This document shows positions 9,988-19,121 of a stretch of 64,000 nt of DNA, piece by piece (positions within the stretch are counted from its first letter, which is position 1; every line of letters begins with the position of its first letter). Both the position numbers and the translations under genes were made by a program. The stretch is from a virus (Duplodnaviria > Caudoviricetes). Location: the IMG/VR virus record IMGVR_UViG_3300027278_000003. One strand, given 5' to 3'. The notes under the pieces are model-generated. The model worked only from the letters and a program-made list of their open reading frames with translations. It did no database searches and was not told the DNA's origin.

Positions 9988-10013
9988 ATATCTTTGTTAA
10001 ACGGAGGTGAACA

Positions 10014-10358
10014 ATGTCACCAGAAGAATTCAAAGAAGCAAACAGACTAATGTGGATAGTCAAAGGCCATCTAATACCAAAAGAATATAGCGAAAACGAT
10101 ATTGAATCTGTGCTTAGAAGTTATTTCGCAAGATTGTGGCATAACGAGGAAGCATATGTAAATGAAGAAGGGTTCGAAGAGGCCTGGGAGAAACGTTATG
10201 GTATCAAGCAAAATAAACAATCTGAGCGTAGAGGAACTAGAGTACCTAGACAAACTATTACACCGAGAACTACTGGAAACATATCCAAAGAACGCAGAAA
10301 AGATCAGACGGTTACTGTCAGCAGTACACAGTCAAAAGAATTTGCTGAACATCGGTAA
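10014..10358 (+). CDS. Hypothetical phage protein
   Basis: GGAGG SD; the C-terminal half overlaps the next ORF. Confidence 0.65.
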   Translation: MSPEEFKEANRLMWIVKGHLIPKEYSENDIESVLRSYFARLWHNEEAYVNEEGFEEAWEKRYGIKQNKQSERRGTRVPRQTITPRTTGNISKERRKDQTVTVSSTQSKEFAEHR

Positions 10359-10365
10359 GTGGTAA
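10198..10365 (+). CDS. Hypothetical protein, 55 aa
   Basis: GGGAG SD before ATG 10198; amphipathic helical sequence. Confidence 0.6.
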   Translation: MVSSKINNLSVEELEYLDKLLHRELLETYPKNAEKIRRLLSAVHSQKNLLNIGKW

Positions 10366-10528
10366 ATCTGTTACATTTATACAACACAATAACTTATAAA
10401 TCTTATTTTTGTAAACAAATCATTGAAATATAGGCTATAGTGTATTATATTAATATTAATGAAGATAAGTATATCTTCTAGAGAAGCCGAAAGGCTTCTC
10501 TTTATCATGTAATATTAAAGGAAATATA

Positions 10529-11281
10529 ATGATTAAAACACTAATTACCGCATCAGCATTCGCACTCGCAGCAGGCGCAGCATCAGCAGCACCTCTTTCA
10601 TTTGGTATTGAAACAGATTATTCAACAACCGGTGGTGTATCTTCAACTTCCGTAACTGCATCAGTAGACGGTAACGTTGATCGTTTCGTAGCAGGCGTAA
10701 AAGCAGATGTAGAAACACAAGACCTAACTGGTTGGTATGTAGGCGCGCACGTAGGCGAAGCAGTGCTAACATATGGCGACCAAGACGGTGTATTCTCATT
10801 CGGCGGTGGTCTAAACACTGTAGGTGGTTCAATTCTAGCAACTGCATCAACTTCTGACCGTACTCTAACTGTAGATGGTCTTTACGGTTTCGGCGTATCA
10901 GTAGGTCTAGACACTGGCACAGACGTACAAAACATCCAAGCGACAGCACAATACGCTGGCGTTGTTGTGGGCGTGGACTATGACGTTGATACGAAAGATT
11001 ACATTCTAGCTGCATCATATGCACAGCTAGTAGCAGAAGACCTTTCAATCGGCGGTATCATTACTTATGACACTGACGTAGCAGTAGAACTAAACGCGTC
11101 ATATGCGACACTCGGTGGTACTGTAAACGGTTTCACAACCGTAGATACAACTGGCTTTGATGCTCTAGGCGTTGGCTATGATCTTGAACTATCAGCAAAT
11201 GCATCTGCGTATGTAGAAGGTGCACGTGATCTGAACACCGATGCGAACACTATCGCAGTAGGCGTTTCATTCGCATTCTAA
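10529..11281 (+). CDS. Outer-membrane porin-like beta-barrel protein
   Basis: Signal peptide ending AASA, alternating beta-strand pattern, C-terminal VGVSFAF (terminal Phe, BAM signal). Confidence 0.75.
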   Translation: MIKTLITASAFALAAGAASAAPLSFGIETDYSTTGGVSSTSVTASVDGNVDRFVAGVKADVETQDLTGWYVGAHVGEAVLTYGDQDGVFSFGGGLNTVGGSILATASTSDRTLTVDGLYGFGVSVGLDTGTDVQNIQATAQYAGVVVGVDYDVDTKDYILAASYAQLVAEDLSIGGIITYDTDVAVELNASYATLGGTVNGFTTVDTTGFDALGVGYDLELSANASAYVEGARDLNTDANTIAVGVSFAF

Positions 11282-11309
11282 TTTATCGTTAAAGATAAAA
11301 ACAGATATC

Positions 11310-11334
11310 AAAGTGCGCTTCGGCGCACTTTTTT
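11310..11334 (+). terminator. Intrinsic terminator after the porin gene
   Basis: AAAGTGCGC-TTCG-GCGCACTTT followed by T tract. Confidence 0.9.
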
Positions 11335-11335
11335 A

Positions 11336-11366
11336 TTGACATCTAATACTTTATATGCTATAAATA
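11336..11366 (+). promoter_or_regulatory. tmRNA promoter (sigma70 with overlapping late motif)
   Basis: TTGACA-17-TATAAA with extended TG; TATAAATA at 11359-11366. Confidence 0.75.
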
Positions 11367-11370
11367 AACT

Positions 11371-11725
11371 GTTAGCGTTGAAGCAACGTGGACACATACT
11401 GGACTCGGGTGCGAATCCCGACAGCTCCACCACAAACACACTTTGAAAGCGTATGTTATACAGCAAAAGCAAGGTGGTCTAGGAACGGTAGTACGATGAG
11501 GAACCCTAGTACGATTACAGGTTCAAATCCTGTAAAGTGTGTTTTTGATGGGGCTGAATTAGGAATCGACAGGTGTGAAGATAGAGTGGAGTTAACCGTG
11601 GTGACCTACGTTATTCGGTCAAACTTTATAACTGCAAACACAAACGCAGCGCCAGCAATGGCAAAACTAGCGGCTTAATAGCACGTGGGGGTTGGCAACT
11701 TACCTAGCAACAGAAAAGTTGCAAC
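11371..11725 (+). ncRNA. ssrA: Two-piece circularly permuted tmRNA (alphaproteobacterial type)
   Basis: Acceptor piece ends CAGCTCC-A-CCA at 11432, before the 5' piece GGGGCTG at 11550 (G3:U70 pair); tag frame ANTNAAPAMAKLAA-stop at 11634-11678; alpha-type 3' end GGGGTT..CCTAGCAACAGAA. Confidence 0.93.
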
Positions 11726-11741
11726 TTAACGGAGTTTATAT

Positions 11742-12074
11742 ATGTCAGAAGAATTTGGTATTGGTCCAGATGAACTTAGAGGTCTAATTGGTGGTATTTT
11801 GATCATCGTTGATATTCGCGACGAGGATAATGTTGATGCCCAAGGACGCATTAAAGATGCGTTCGAAATAGAAGAATACGATCTTCCAAATCACGTTTCT
11901 GCGGTACCGATGTACTTTAGAACTGCAAACTGTGTTATCATTTGTGAAACCGGCGAGGTTGCACGTAAATGGGTAGAAACATATCGTAGTCAAGATGATG
12001 ATGTTCAACTTCTTCGCTACTATATTGGTGGTTCTGCCGCACTCTTTGAGGAAGTACCGGAGTTAGTATCGTAA
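11742..12074 (+). CDS. Rhodanese-like domain protein (degenerate)
   Basis: IIVDIRDEDN...GRIKDA pattern, C-terminal GG. Confidence 0.5.
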   Translation: MSEEFGIGPDELRGLIGGILIIVDIRDEDNVDAQGRIKDAFEIEEYDLPNHVSAVPMYFRTANCVIICETGEVARKWVETYRSQDDDVQLLRYYIGGSAALFEEVPELVS

Positions 12075-12075
12075 T

Positions 12076-12801
12076 ATGGAATTGATGGGTAAAGCCAATC
12101 GCAGAAGCCAAGCGAACTATTACGAGGCATGGTCTAAATCTAAAGGCAAGAAGTATGAGCCTACCGAAGAAGATTTAAAATGCGAAATGCAACTTGGCGC
12201 AATTGGTTCGTTTGAACCTTTGATGTGGAAATTCGATATTAATCAATTTAAACGAGAAATTGAACCTTGGAATAATAGTTGGGTTCCGTACTTACAGCGC
12301 GAAGGGTGGAGCAATAATCGTGAAGGTCTATGTCTTGTGGGTCTTGAAGGTGACAACCCCAACGACAGTTTGAGCATGCCAGAAGCGGTGTTCCGTGCAA
12401 AACGGAAATTAAAAGAAACAGACTTCAATGCGCCGACTGCACTATATAATGATTTGCCAGTATTGCATGATATGTTAGATTACTTTTCTCCTCTCGGTAG
12501 AACAATGCTAATCAAATCAAACGCTGGAGGTTGGTTCCCGCCACATAGAGATAACCCAAGTCTTACAAGAGAGACATTTAGAATTGTCGCATTTCTTTCA
12601 GATAATACTACTCATGAATCATACGAGTGGGAAATGGAAGGTCGCAAAATGAATATCGTTCCGGGCAGAGCGTACTATGTTGATACACGAAAAACACATA
12701 GAACATCTAGTTGGATGGATAACTCAATTCACTTGATAGTGAATGTTCCCAAAACATGGGAAAACGTTCTAAAGTTGATTAGTTCAACTGAGAACTATTA
12801 A
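12076..12801 (+). CDS. 2OG-Fe(II) oxygenase (Asp/Asn beta-hydroxylase-like)
   Basis: PPHRD (HxD), DTRKTH...IHLIV; true start may be downstream. Confidence 0.7.
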   Translation: MELMGKANRRSQANYYEAWSKSKGKKYEPTEEDLKCEMQLGAIGSFEPLMWKFDINQFKREIEPWNNSWVPYLQREGWSNNREGLCLVGLEGDNPNDSLSMPEAVFRAKRKLKETDFNAPTALYNDLPVLHDMLDYFSPLGRTMLIKSNAGGWFPPHRDNPSLTRETFRIVAFLSDNTTHESYEWEMEGRKMNIVPGRAYYVDTRKTHRTSSWMDNSIHLIVNVPKTWENVLKLISSTENY

Positions 12802-12826
12802 TACACACATACACAGGAGAAATATA

Positions 12827-13183
12827 ATGTTTGATGTAAAACAAATGACAGAAATGGCAGAGAAATTTGCAGAACTATACACAACGACTGGTGTTCAACC
12901 GGAAGCATTTGCAGAAGCATTCACTAAGATGATGCCAAAAGCACCAGAAATGCCAAAAGTATCATTCAACAAGAATGGTTATGAAATTCGCGCACAGATG
13001 CTAGAAATGGCACAATCACAACTATGGCAAGATTATCATGCTAAAGTTGGCGAGTACGAAGCATCAGTTAAAAAAGAAGGTGGCGAAGTTGTAACTAAAG
13101 TTGCAATGCCAACCGTCCCAGGAACTGAGGCTGTTCTAGACGCAGCAGAGAAGTTCTACAACTTTGTAAACGGTAAAAAATAA
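12827..13183 (+). CDS. Conserved hypothetical protein
   Basis: Strong SD; FNKNGYEIR motif. Confidence 0.75.
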   Translation: MFDVKQMTEMAEKFAELYTTTGVQPEAFAEAFTKMMPKAPEMPKVSFNKNGYEIRAQMLEMAQSQLWQDYHAKVGEYEASVKKEGGEVVTKVAMPTVPGTEAVLDAAEKFYNFVNGKK

Positions 13184-13239
13184 TAACAATAAATACTATA
13201 GGGTGGTTCGACCACCCTATTCTTATGGAGTAATAGTGA

Positions 13240-13578
13240 ATGACATATGTAGTAACACAAGATTGTATTAAATGCAAATATACCGACTGCGTGGCTGTTT
13301 GCCCAGTTGATTGTTTTTATGAAGGCGAAGACATGCTAGTAATCAATCCTGATGAATGTATTGATTGCGGTGTTTGTGAACCGGAATGTCCTGCAAACGC
13401 TATCATTCCAGATACGGATCATAAGTTCACACAGCGACTATATGACATTAATAAAAAATGGTCTAATGTATGGGACGTTATCACAGAGCAAAAAGATCCA
13501 CTTCCTGATGCAGATTCTTTGAATCCAGCAAAAGGTTATACAGAAGACAAAACAAATCTACTAGACGACTATGACTAA
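13240..13578 (+). CDS. fdxA: 7Fe ferredoxin FdxA
   Basis: [38 protein letters not shown]. Confidence 0.95.
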   Translation: MTYVVTQDCIKCKYTDCVAVCPVDCFYEGEDMLVINPDECIDCGVCEPECPANAIIPDTDHKFTQRLYDINKKWSNVWDVITEQKDPLPDADSLNPAKGYTEDKTNLLDDYD

Positions 13579-13590
13579 TAAAGATAAATA

Positions 13591-13702
13591 ACTTACTAAG
13601 TTATTATTAATTATTTCGTTCTGGACACTGCATTTCATTCCAGAATTTTATAAAGCACATTATATTAAAGAAAAGGCTTGTAGATCCTCTGCGAGTCTTT
13701 TC
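13591..13702 (+). ncRNA. Candidate small RNA
   Basis: Late motif upstream, internal TTCTGGA/TCCAGAA hairpin, 14-bp terminator-like stem at 13670-13702, no ORF. Confidence 0.35.
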
Positions 13703-13708
13703 CATTAT

Positions 13709-13716
13709 GATAAATA
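13709..13716 (+). promoter_or_regulatory. T4-like late promoter motif GATAAATA
   Basis: Resembles T4 TATAAATA; lies upstream of a gene start. Confidence 0.55.
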
Positions 13717-13721
13717 CATCT

Positions 13722-14657
13722 ATGAGATACAGCGAACTAACTGAAAAGAAACTAGAACGTAAAGACTTGTTAAAAAGTCAAGCAAGACTTGCCAAATTCA
13801 TACAGAAGTATGAAGCAGGTGAAGCATTTGTTCTGGCAGGTCAAACAGAACCTTCAGTCCGCTTGAAGCGTGACGAAGATACACTTGCACGTTTAAAATC
13901 TGGTTATATTCCAGACACGTTTGAAACCGAAGATGGTCGCACCGTTCGCTTAACTTCACTAGAAAAAACTGGCGAATTCGGTGGTAAAGGCGCAGGCTTT
14001 TCAACACGCGACGAAGATGCTGCACTAAACGCACTTAATGAAATGTTCGCTAAAATGAAGGGCAATCGCCCAGAATTAGAAATTCAAATCGGTGATCGCA
14101 CTGTATCAGTATCACAATTTGTCACAACTCCAGGACCCCCAAAATCAGATTTTCATGCAGTAGATGCAAACGGAAATGCAGTTGCTTGGATCTCACACAA
14201 AAAGGGTTCTAAAGCAACCGACTTCGGTCAATGGGGCGGTATGAGTGATAGAGAAATGAAGCAAGTATATGCATCATTCCCAGAAGCAAAAGAAGAAATT
14301 CTTGCATTTGCGCGTGATGTTATCGCAAAGTATCCAGATGGTGCAATACCAAATGCAACAACGCTTGCCCGCAAAATCAAAAATGGTAAACTTCGTGGTA
14401 TCGCAGTTTACGGTAATGGCTTCGGTGGCGAACGCAGCGCACAAAACGTTGATCTAGTAATTCAGGGTGATCCAGTGTTTAAAGGTAATCAACTTGTAGC
14501 AACTGGCTCGGTACATGCAAATGGCGACCGTGTAGAACAGGCATTTGAACCAGTTCTAATGGCAATGTATAAAGGCGACCGTGACAACTTTGGTGTTAAA
14601 GGTGCGCGTTTCTCAATCTACCCGGCAGGTGGTAGAAAAATATCCGAATGGATATAA
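13722..14657 (+). CDS. Hypothetical protein, possible PD-(D/E)xK nuclease fold
   Basis: PKSDF...ISHK motif; start moved to 13722 because a late promoter overlaps ATG 13707. Confidence 0.55.
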   Translation: MRYSELTEKKLERKDLLKSQARLAKFIQKYEAGEAFVLAGQTEPSVRLKRDEDTLARLKSGYIPDTFETEDGRTVRLTSLEKTGEFGGKGAGFSTRDEDAALNALNEMFAKMKGNRPELEIQIGDRTVSVSQFVTTPGPPKSDFHAVDANGNAVAWISHKKGSKATDFGQWGGMSDREMKQVYASFPEAKEEILAFARDVIAKYPDGAIPNATTLARKIKNGKLRGIAVYGNGFGGERSAQNVDLVIQGDPVFKGNQLVATGSVHANGDRVEQAFEPVLMAMYKGDRDNFGVKGARFSIYPAGGRKISEWI

Positions 14658-14664
14658 TTTTTCC

Positions 14665-14693
14665 TTGACATAATGGACGAATCACTCTATACA
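14665..14693 (+). promoter_or_regulatory. sigma70-like promoter with CGAATCA
   Basis: TTGACA-17-TATACA. Confidence 0.75.
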
Positions 14694-14704
14694 TATATAT
14701 GTAA

Positions 14705-15112
14705 GTGATAAAGGACATGAAAATGAACACTGTTGTAGATACCGTCGCAGCCATCGCAGATTCATTCGAATACTGGGGCAAACAGCAATCCGCACTGGGT
14801 TATGAATCAATCTGGTCAATTTACGATGCTGGTAACGTAGACCTCGACTTTGAAATTTTCAATAACAAAATGCGTCAAGTGCGCTATGAATATATTCGTC
14901 CTGATGCAACGACCGAAGAATTAATGACAGACCTACGCGATGGTGGAAAGCGTTCATCAGCAGAAGTTACGATGTTTGCAACAGACGGTTCTGTTAAGTC
15001 TCTTTGGTTCGCTGCCGAATCTTGCATTCGTCAGAGCGGTACACATCATCGCTATATCGAAGATTTTGAAATGCAAGAAGATGGTTCTCTTATGCTAATC
15101 ACAGGTTCGTAA
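14705..15112 (+). CDS. Hypothetical protein
   Basis: ORF behind a GANTC promoter. Confidence 0.7.
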   Translation: MIKDMKMNTVVDTVAAIADSFEYWGKQQSALGYESIWSIYDAGNVDLDFEIFNNKMRQVRYEYIRPDATTEELMTDLRDGGKRSSAEVTMFATDGSVKSLWFAAESCIRQSGTHHRYIEDFEMQEDGSLMLITGS

Positions 15113-15405
15113 TGAAAATCATACATTACTATCGCTATGACTCATATGTTGCCGAAGTTTATGGTCTGCCATTAGCAGAGATTGAAACTCGGTATATTCG
15201 TGGTGATTATCCTATTGCAGATGATCTTAGTCGGATGGCGTCAATGAGTAAAATGTACAACGCAGGCAAAGTATGGCGAAAGATTGATAACGAACCTATA
15301 ACAATAATTAAATCGCGTGATGGAAATAATGAGTTTGACGAACACGAATTCATTCAAATGCTATTCCTTGCAGAAATTGCAGGACCAGTAAGCCTAGGTG
15401 CATGA
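15112..15405 (+). CDS. Hypothetical protein
   Basis: TAATG coupling. Confidence 0.7.
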   Translation: MKIIHYYRYDSYVAEVYGLPLAEIETRYIRGDYPIADDLSRMASMSKMYNAGKVWRKIDNEPITIIKSRDGNNEFDEHEFIQMLFLAEIAGPVSLGA

Positions 15406-15746
15406 TGGAAAAATGGCAGAAGCAACTTATCAACGGTATGTATGGTATAAAAAAAGGTGAGATGAATATTGTGTCATATGGTGGGCGTGGTTCTGGCAAG
15501 TCGTTATTATTACAAAAATTCATTGAATCATTTCAAGCACAAACCAAACTTATGGAACAATGTATCGAAAAAGGCTATACAACAGTTGTCATTAACCCAT
15601 CCCAAATGACCACTGCAAATCGTAATGCAATGATTGAATGGTGCAAACAAAACTGTGAAAAAGATTTCAGTTCATTTGTAGCGGCTTATGGATTCTTCTT
15701 TTTTGAAAGCCAAAAGGATGCGGAGTTCTTTGCACTAGTTTGGTAG
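15402..15746 (+). CDS. Hypothetical protein (dispersed small-protein family, C-terminal F..DA.FF.L.W)
   Basis: ATGA coupling; contains GGRGSGKS. Confidence 0.65.
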   Translation: MMEKWQKQLINGMYGIKKGEMNIVSYGGRGSGKSLLLQKFIESFQAQTKLMEQCIEKGYTTVVINPSQMTTANRNAMIEWCKQNCEKDFSSFVAAYGFFFFESQKDAEFFALVW

Positions 15747-15769
15747 TTACGATTTTTTCTCCTAAAAAT

Positions 15770-15777
15770 GATAAATA
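15770..15777 (+). promoter_or_regulatory. T4-like late promoter motif GATAAATA
   Basis: Upstream of 15813. Confidence 0.6.
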
Positions 15778-15812
15778 CAGTTGAGGTCTGATATTATCAG
15801 AGGAGATTAAAA

Positions 15813-17324
15813 ATGATATTTCCAATTATTACCTTTATGGTCGCAATTTGTATTGCGTTCATCGCAGGATGGTTTTCAATCGCTGGTCTTATGGCGATTT
15901 TTGCCGCCTCTGCAATACCAGTTGCCATCATGGCTGGCGCACTTGAAGTAGGTAAACTTGTTTCCGCTTCATGGGTATATCGTAATTGGAAGAGGGCACC
16001 GTTTCTACTGAAAAGCTACCTAACAATGGCTACAGTAGTTCTTATGTTCATTACATCTATGGGCATTTTTGGCTTTTTGTCAAGAGCGCACTTAGAACAA
16101 GCTGCACAGGGACAAGAAAATGCAGCACGTATTGAACGTAGTGAAAATGATATTCTCAGAAATGAAGAATTGATCACTCGCACAGAAGCAAAAATCGAAA
16201 AACTGGATAGTGAATCTGCAAATGATACAAGTGCAGTACAAGCACAAATCGATGCAGAACAAGCACGTATGGATCAAGCATATGCACGTATCCAACCAGC
16301 AATTGATGATCAAAATGCTATCATTGCAAGTGAAAACTCAAACGAAGATGTTCAAGTTTACATGGACCAAATCAAAAGAGTTGACGAAAAACTTGATTTA
16401 ATTCAACAGTATGTTTCAAACAATCAAATTCGTGAACTTCAAGGTCTAGTTGGCGTTCCTCAAGATGGGAACTACGGTTCACAAACTGCATCCGCAGTTG
16501 ATCGTTTCCGTACAAATCAACTTGCAGAAAAACAACGTCTACAAGGTGTAATTGAGCAACTACGCAATTCAGTTGATAGTGATGCAGTTATTGCAGCACG
16601 TGCGGAAATCGCACGTTTGCGTTCTATTGCAGAAGTTGAAGTTGCGACTTCACAGGAAACTATTAGTCGTTTGAGACAAGAGCTTGCATCAAGTGCAGAG
16701 ATTGACAACACAGCAGAGATTGAACTTCTAATTGCTAAAATTGGCGAGACAGAAAGTGCTATTGGCGTTCTACAGGACGAAAAGTTTGCACTAGAAAGTG
16801 AAATTCGCAAACTTGAAGCAGAAGTTGGCCCAATCAAATACATCGCTGAATTAGTTTATGGTAATACAGAGCGTGATACTATTGATGCAGCCGTACGTTG
16901 GCTTATCATTGTGTTTATTTTTGTGTTCGACCCACTAGCTGTTCTTCTACTAATCGCAGCAAACTTTAGCTTCCAGAACCGCAATGAAGGCGGTAGACAG
17001 GAAGAAATTTTTGATGTTCTTTTTTCTAAAAATCATAATAACGATGAAAAATCACTTGACAAACCGACCTCAATGAGTGATAATATAGTTATTGAAACAC
17101 CAAAAGAAACAGATGTGGTAGTGGAAAATAAAGATTTAGCAGAAGTTCGTGCAGGCAAAAAAGAGTATGTACTTCGTGAAAATGCTGCAAAGTCAGTAAA
17201 TATCGAAGACGTAGTTGACAGTGCATCACCAGAAGCATTAGAAAAAATGCAGAAGGCGCTTGAACGAAAGCTAAATACAGAAGCAGTTAAGAAATCTGGT
17301 TGGCTAGACGACCTAAACAACTAA
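15813..17324 (+). CDS. Membrane-anchored coiled-coil protein with peptidoglycan-binding-like motif
   Basis: N-terminal TM helices, long heptad region, LQ..VGV..DGNYG.QT..AV motif, C-terminal TM (IVFIFVFDPLAVLLL). Confidence 0.7.
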   Translation: MIFPIITFMVAICIAFIAGWFSIAGLMAIFAASAIPVAIMAGALEVGKLVSASWVYRNWKRAPFLLKSYLTMATVVLMFITSMGIFGFLSRAHLEQAAQGQENAARIERSENDILRNEELITRTEAKIEKLDSESANDTSAVQAQIDAEQARMDQAYARIQPAIDDQNAIIASENSNEDVQVYMDQIKRVDEKLDLIQQYVSNNQIRELQGLVGVPQDGNYGSQTASAVDRFRTNQLAEKQRLQGVIEQLRNSVDSDAVIAARAEIARLRSIAEVEVATSQETISRLRQELASSAEIDNTAEIELLIAKIGETESAIGVLQDEKFALESEIRKLEAEVGPIKYIAELVYGNTERDTIDAAVRWLIIVFIFVFDPLAVLLLIAANFSFQNRNEGGRQEEIFDVLFSKNHNNDEKSLDKPTSMSDNIVIETPKETDVVVENKDLAEVRAGKKEYVLRENAAKSVNIEDVVDSASPEALEKMQKALERKLNTEAVKKSGWLDDLNN

Positions 17325-17334
17325 TCGAGGAAAA

Positions 17335-18573
17335 ATGTCAGAGAAAAAAGAGTACACGTGTTCGTTTTGTGGGAAACATAAAACAGACATTAAAACATTG
17401 ATTGCAGGACCTGGAATATATATCTGTAATGAATGCGTCGATCTATGTTATGAGATTATACACGATACCAAATCTGATGTTGATACTACACACGTAGACG
17501 GCATCCCAACGCCTGAGCAAATTAAAGACCATTTGGACAAATACATTATTGGTCAAGATGAAGCTAAGGAAGTGTTGAGCGTTGCCGTCTACAACCATTA
17601 TAAGCGTATCAACTCAAAGTCAAAAGATGTCGAACTAGAAAAATCAAACGTGATGGTTATGGGACCGTCTGGTACTGGTAAGACTCTTATTGCAAAATCA
17701 ATCGCAAAATTGCTGGATGTGCCGTTCGCACAGGTGGACGCAACTACTCTAACAGAGAGTGGTTATGTGGGCGAGGACGTTGAAAACGTTATTCAACGTC
17801 TACTTATGGCAAGTGACTTTGATGTAAAGAAAGCAGAGCGCGGAATTGTGTATATCGATGAAGTCGATAAGAAAGCAAAAAAAGGCGAAAACATTTCAAT
17901 CAGTAAGGATGTATCCGGAGAAGGTGTACAGCAAGCATTGCTAAAGATTGTCGAAGGTACTACTGTGCGCGTCCCACCTGGCGGTGGGCGTAAGCATCCG
18001 GGGCAAGATATGATTGAAGTCAAGACTGACGAAATTCTGTTCATTGTCGGTGGGGCTTTTGTTGGTATCGATAAAGTGATTGAAAAGAGACTAGCCACTG
18101 GGGCGTCTATTGGTTTCGGTGCAGATGTTAAAACTCCATCAGACAGTAAAGTCAACATTCGTGAAAATGTAACTCCACAAGATGTTATCAAATATGGTAT
18201 GATTCCAGAATTCATGGGACGTTTCCCAATCGTAGTTGGACTTGATCCACTCAACGCAGAACAACTTGTTCGGGTTCTAACTGAGCCAAAGAACAATCTA
18301 GTAAGTCAGTTTAAACGTCTTTTTGATCTAGACAATGTTGAACTAGAATTTACACCAGAATCACTACAAGCAATCGCAGACAATGCTGTCGAAAACAAAA
18401 CTGGCGCCAGAGGACTTCGTAGTGTAATTGAGAAGGCGCTACTTAAAATTCAATTTAAACTTCCGACACTAGCCAAAGATGGTCTAGAAAAAGTCGTAGT
18501 CACACAGGAATTCATTCAACATGGTGGTGATCCTGTGCTAGTATTCAAGCAAGAAAAGGAAATGCAAAAATAA
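17335..18573 (+). CDS. clpX: ATP-dependent Clp protease ATP-binding subunit ClpX
   Basis: CSFCGK..CNEC zinc finger, GPSGTGKT, GYVGEDVE, RKH, IGF loop. Confidence 0.98.
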   Translation: MSEKKEYTCSFCGKHKTDIKTLIAGPGIYICNECVDLCYEIIHDTKSDVDTTHVDGIPTPEQIKDHLDKYIIGQDEAKEVLSVAVYNHYKRINSKSKDVELEKSNVMVMGPSGTGKTLIAKSIAKLLDVPFAQVDATTLTESGYVGEDVENVIQRLLMASDFDVKKAERGIVYIDEVDKKAKKGENISISKDVSGEGVQQALLKIVEGTTVRVPPGGGRKHPGQDMIEVKTDEILFIVGGAFVGIDKVIEKRLATGASIGFGADVKTPSDSKVNIRENVTPQDVIKYGMIPEFMGRFPIVVGLDPLNAEQLVRVLTEPKNNLVSQFKRLFDLDNVELEFTPESLQAIADNAVENKTGARGLRSVIEKALLKIQFKLPTLAKDGLEKVVVTQEFIQHGGDPVLVFKQEKEMQK

Positions 18574-18578
18574 TTACT

Positions 18579-19121
18579 ATGGATAAGTACAATCGTGGAT
18601 CGCGCGGCAATGATCAACCCATTGCAAACGAGCGCATTAGATACAATGAGTTAAGAGTTGTCGGTGATGATAATGAACAACTTGGGATTATGTCAAAGCG
18701 TGACGCGCTTGATCTAGCGATGCAACAGGACAAAGACTTGGTAATAATTACCGAAAAAAGTAGTCCTCCCGTAGCAAGAATTGTTGATTTGAATAAATAT
18801 AACTACGAACTTAAAAAGCGTGAAAAGGAAGCCGCTAAAAAGGCAAGAGAGAACGCTATTGAGATTAAGGAAGTAAAATTCAGACCCGGCATCGGTGAAC
18901 ATGATTTGGATATTAAAGTAAAACAAATCGCTAAGTTTATTGAGAAGGGTGCAAAAGTAAAAATAACAGTCCAGCTTAGAGGCAGAGAAATCACCAAAGG
19001 AAATGAGGTTAAAGCTAATCTCGTGTCAGAGTTTTCTGTACGTCTAACTGGATTTAAGTATGAGCAAGTACTAACTCAAGCAGGCAATAGAATAACAGGT
19101 GTAATTATAAAAGATGTCTAA
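18579..19121 (+). CDS. infC: Translation initiation factor IF-3
   Basis: NERIR..ELRVV, KEVKFRPGIGEHD, KVKITVQLRGRE. Confidence 0.95.
   Translation: MDKYNRGSRGNDQPIANERIRYNELRVVGDDNEQLGIMSKRDALDLAMQQDKDLVIITEKSSPPVARIVDLNKYNYELKKREKEAAKKARENAIEIKEVKFRPGIGEHDLDIKVKQIAKFIEKGAKVKITVQLRGREITKGNEVKANLVSEFSVRLTGFKYEQVLTQAGNRITGVIIKDV

Noticed and set aside
11388-11678. 96-aa ORF ending ANTNAAPAMAKLAA
   Set aside because: It is the tmRNA locus; only the tag frame is meaningful
13195-13225. GGGTGG-TTCGA-CCACCC hairpin resembling a T-arm
   Set aside because: Sits right after a stop codon with a T-rich tail and no other tRNA arms; an ordinary terminator
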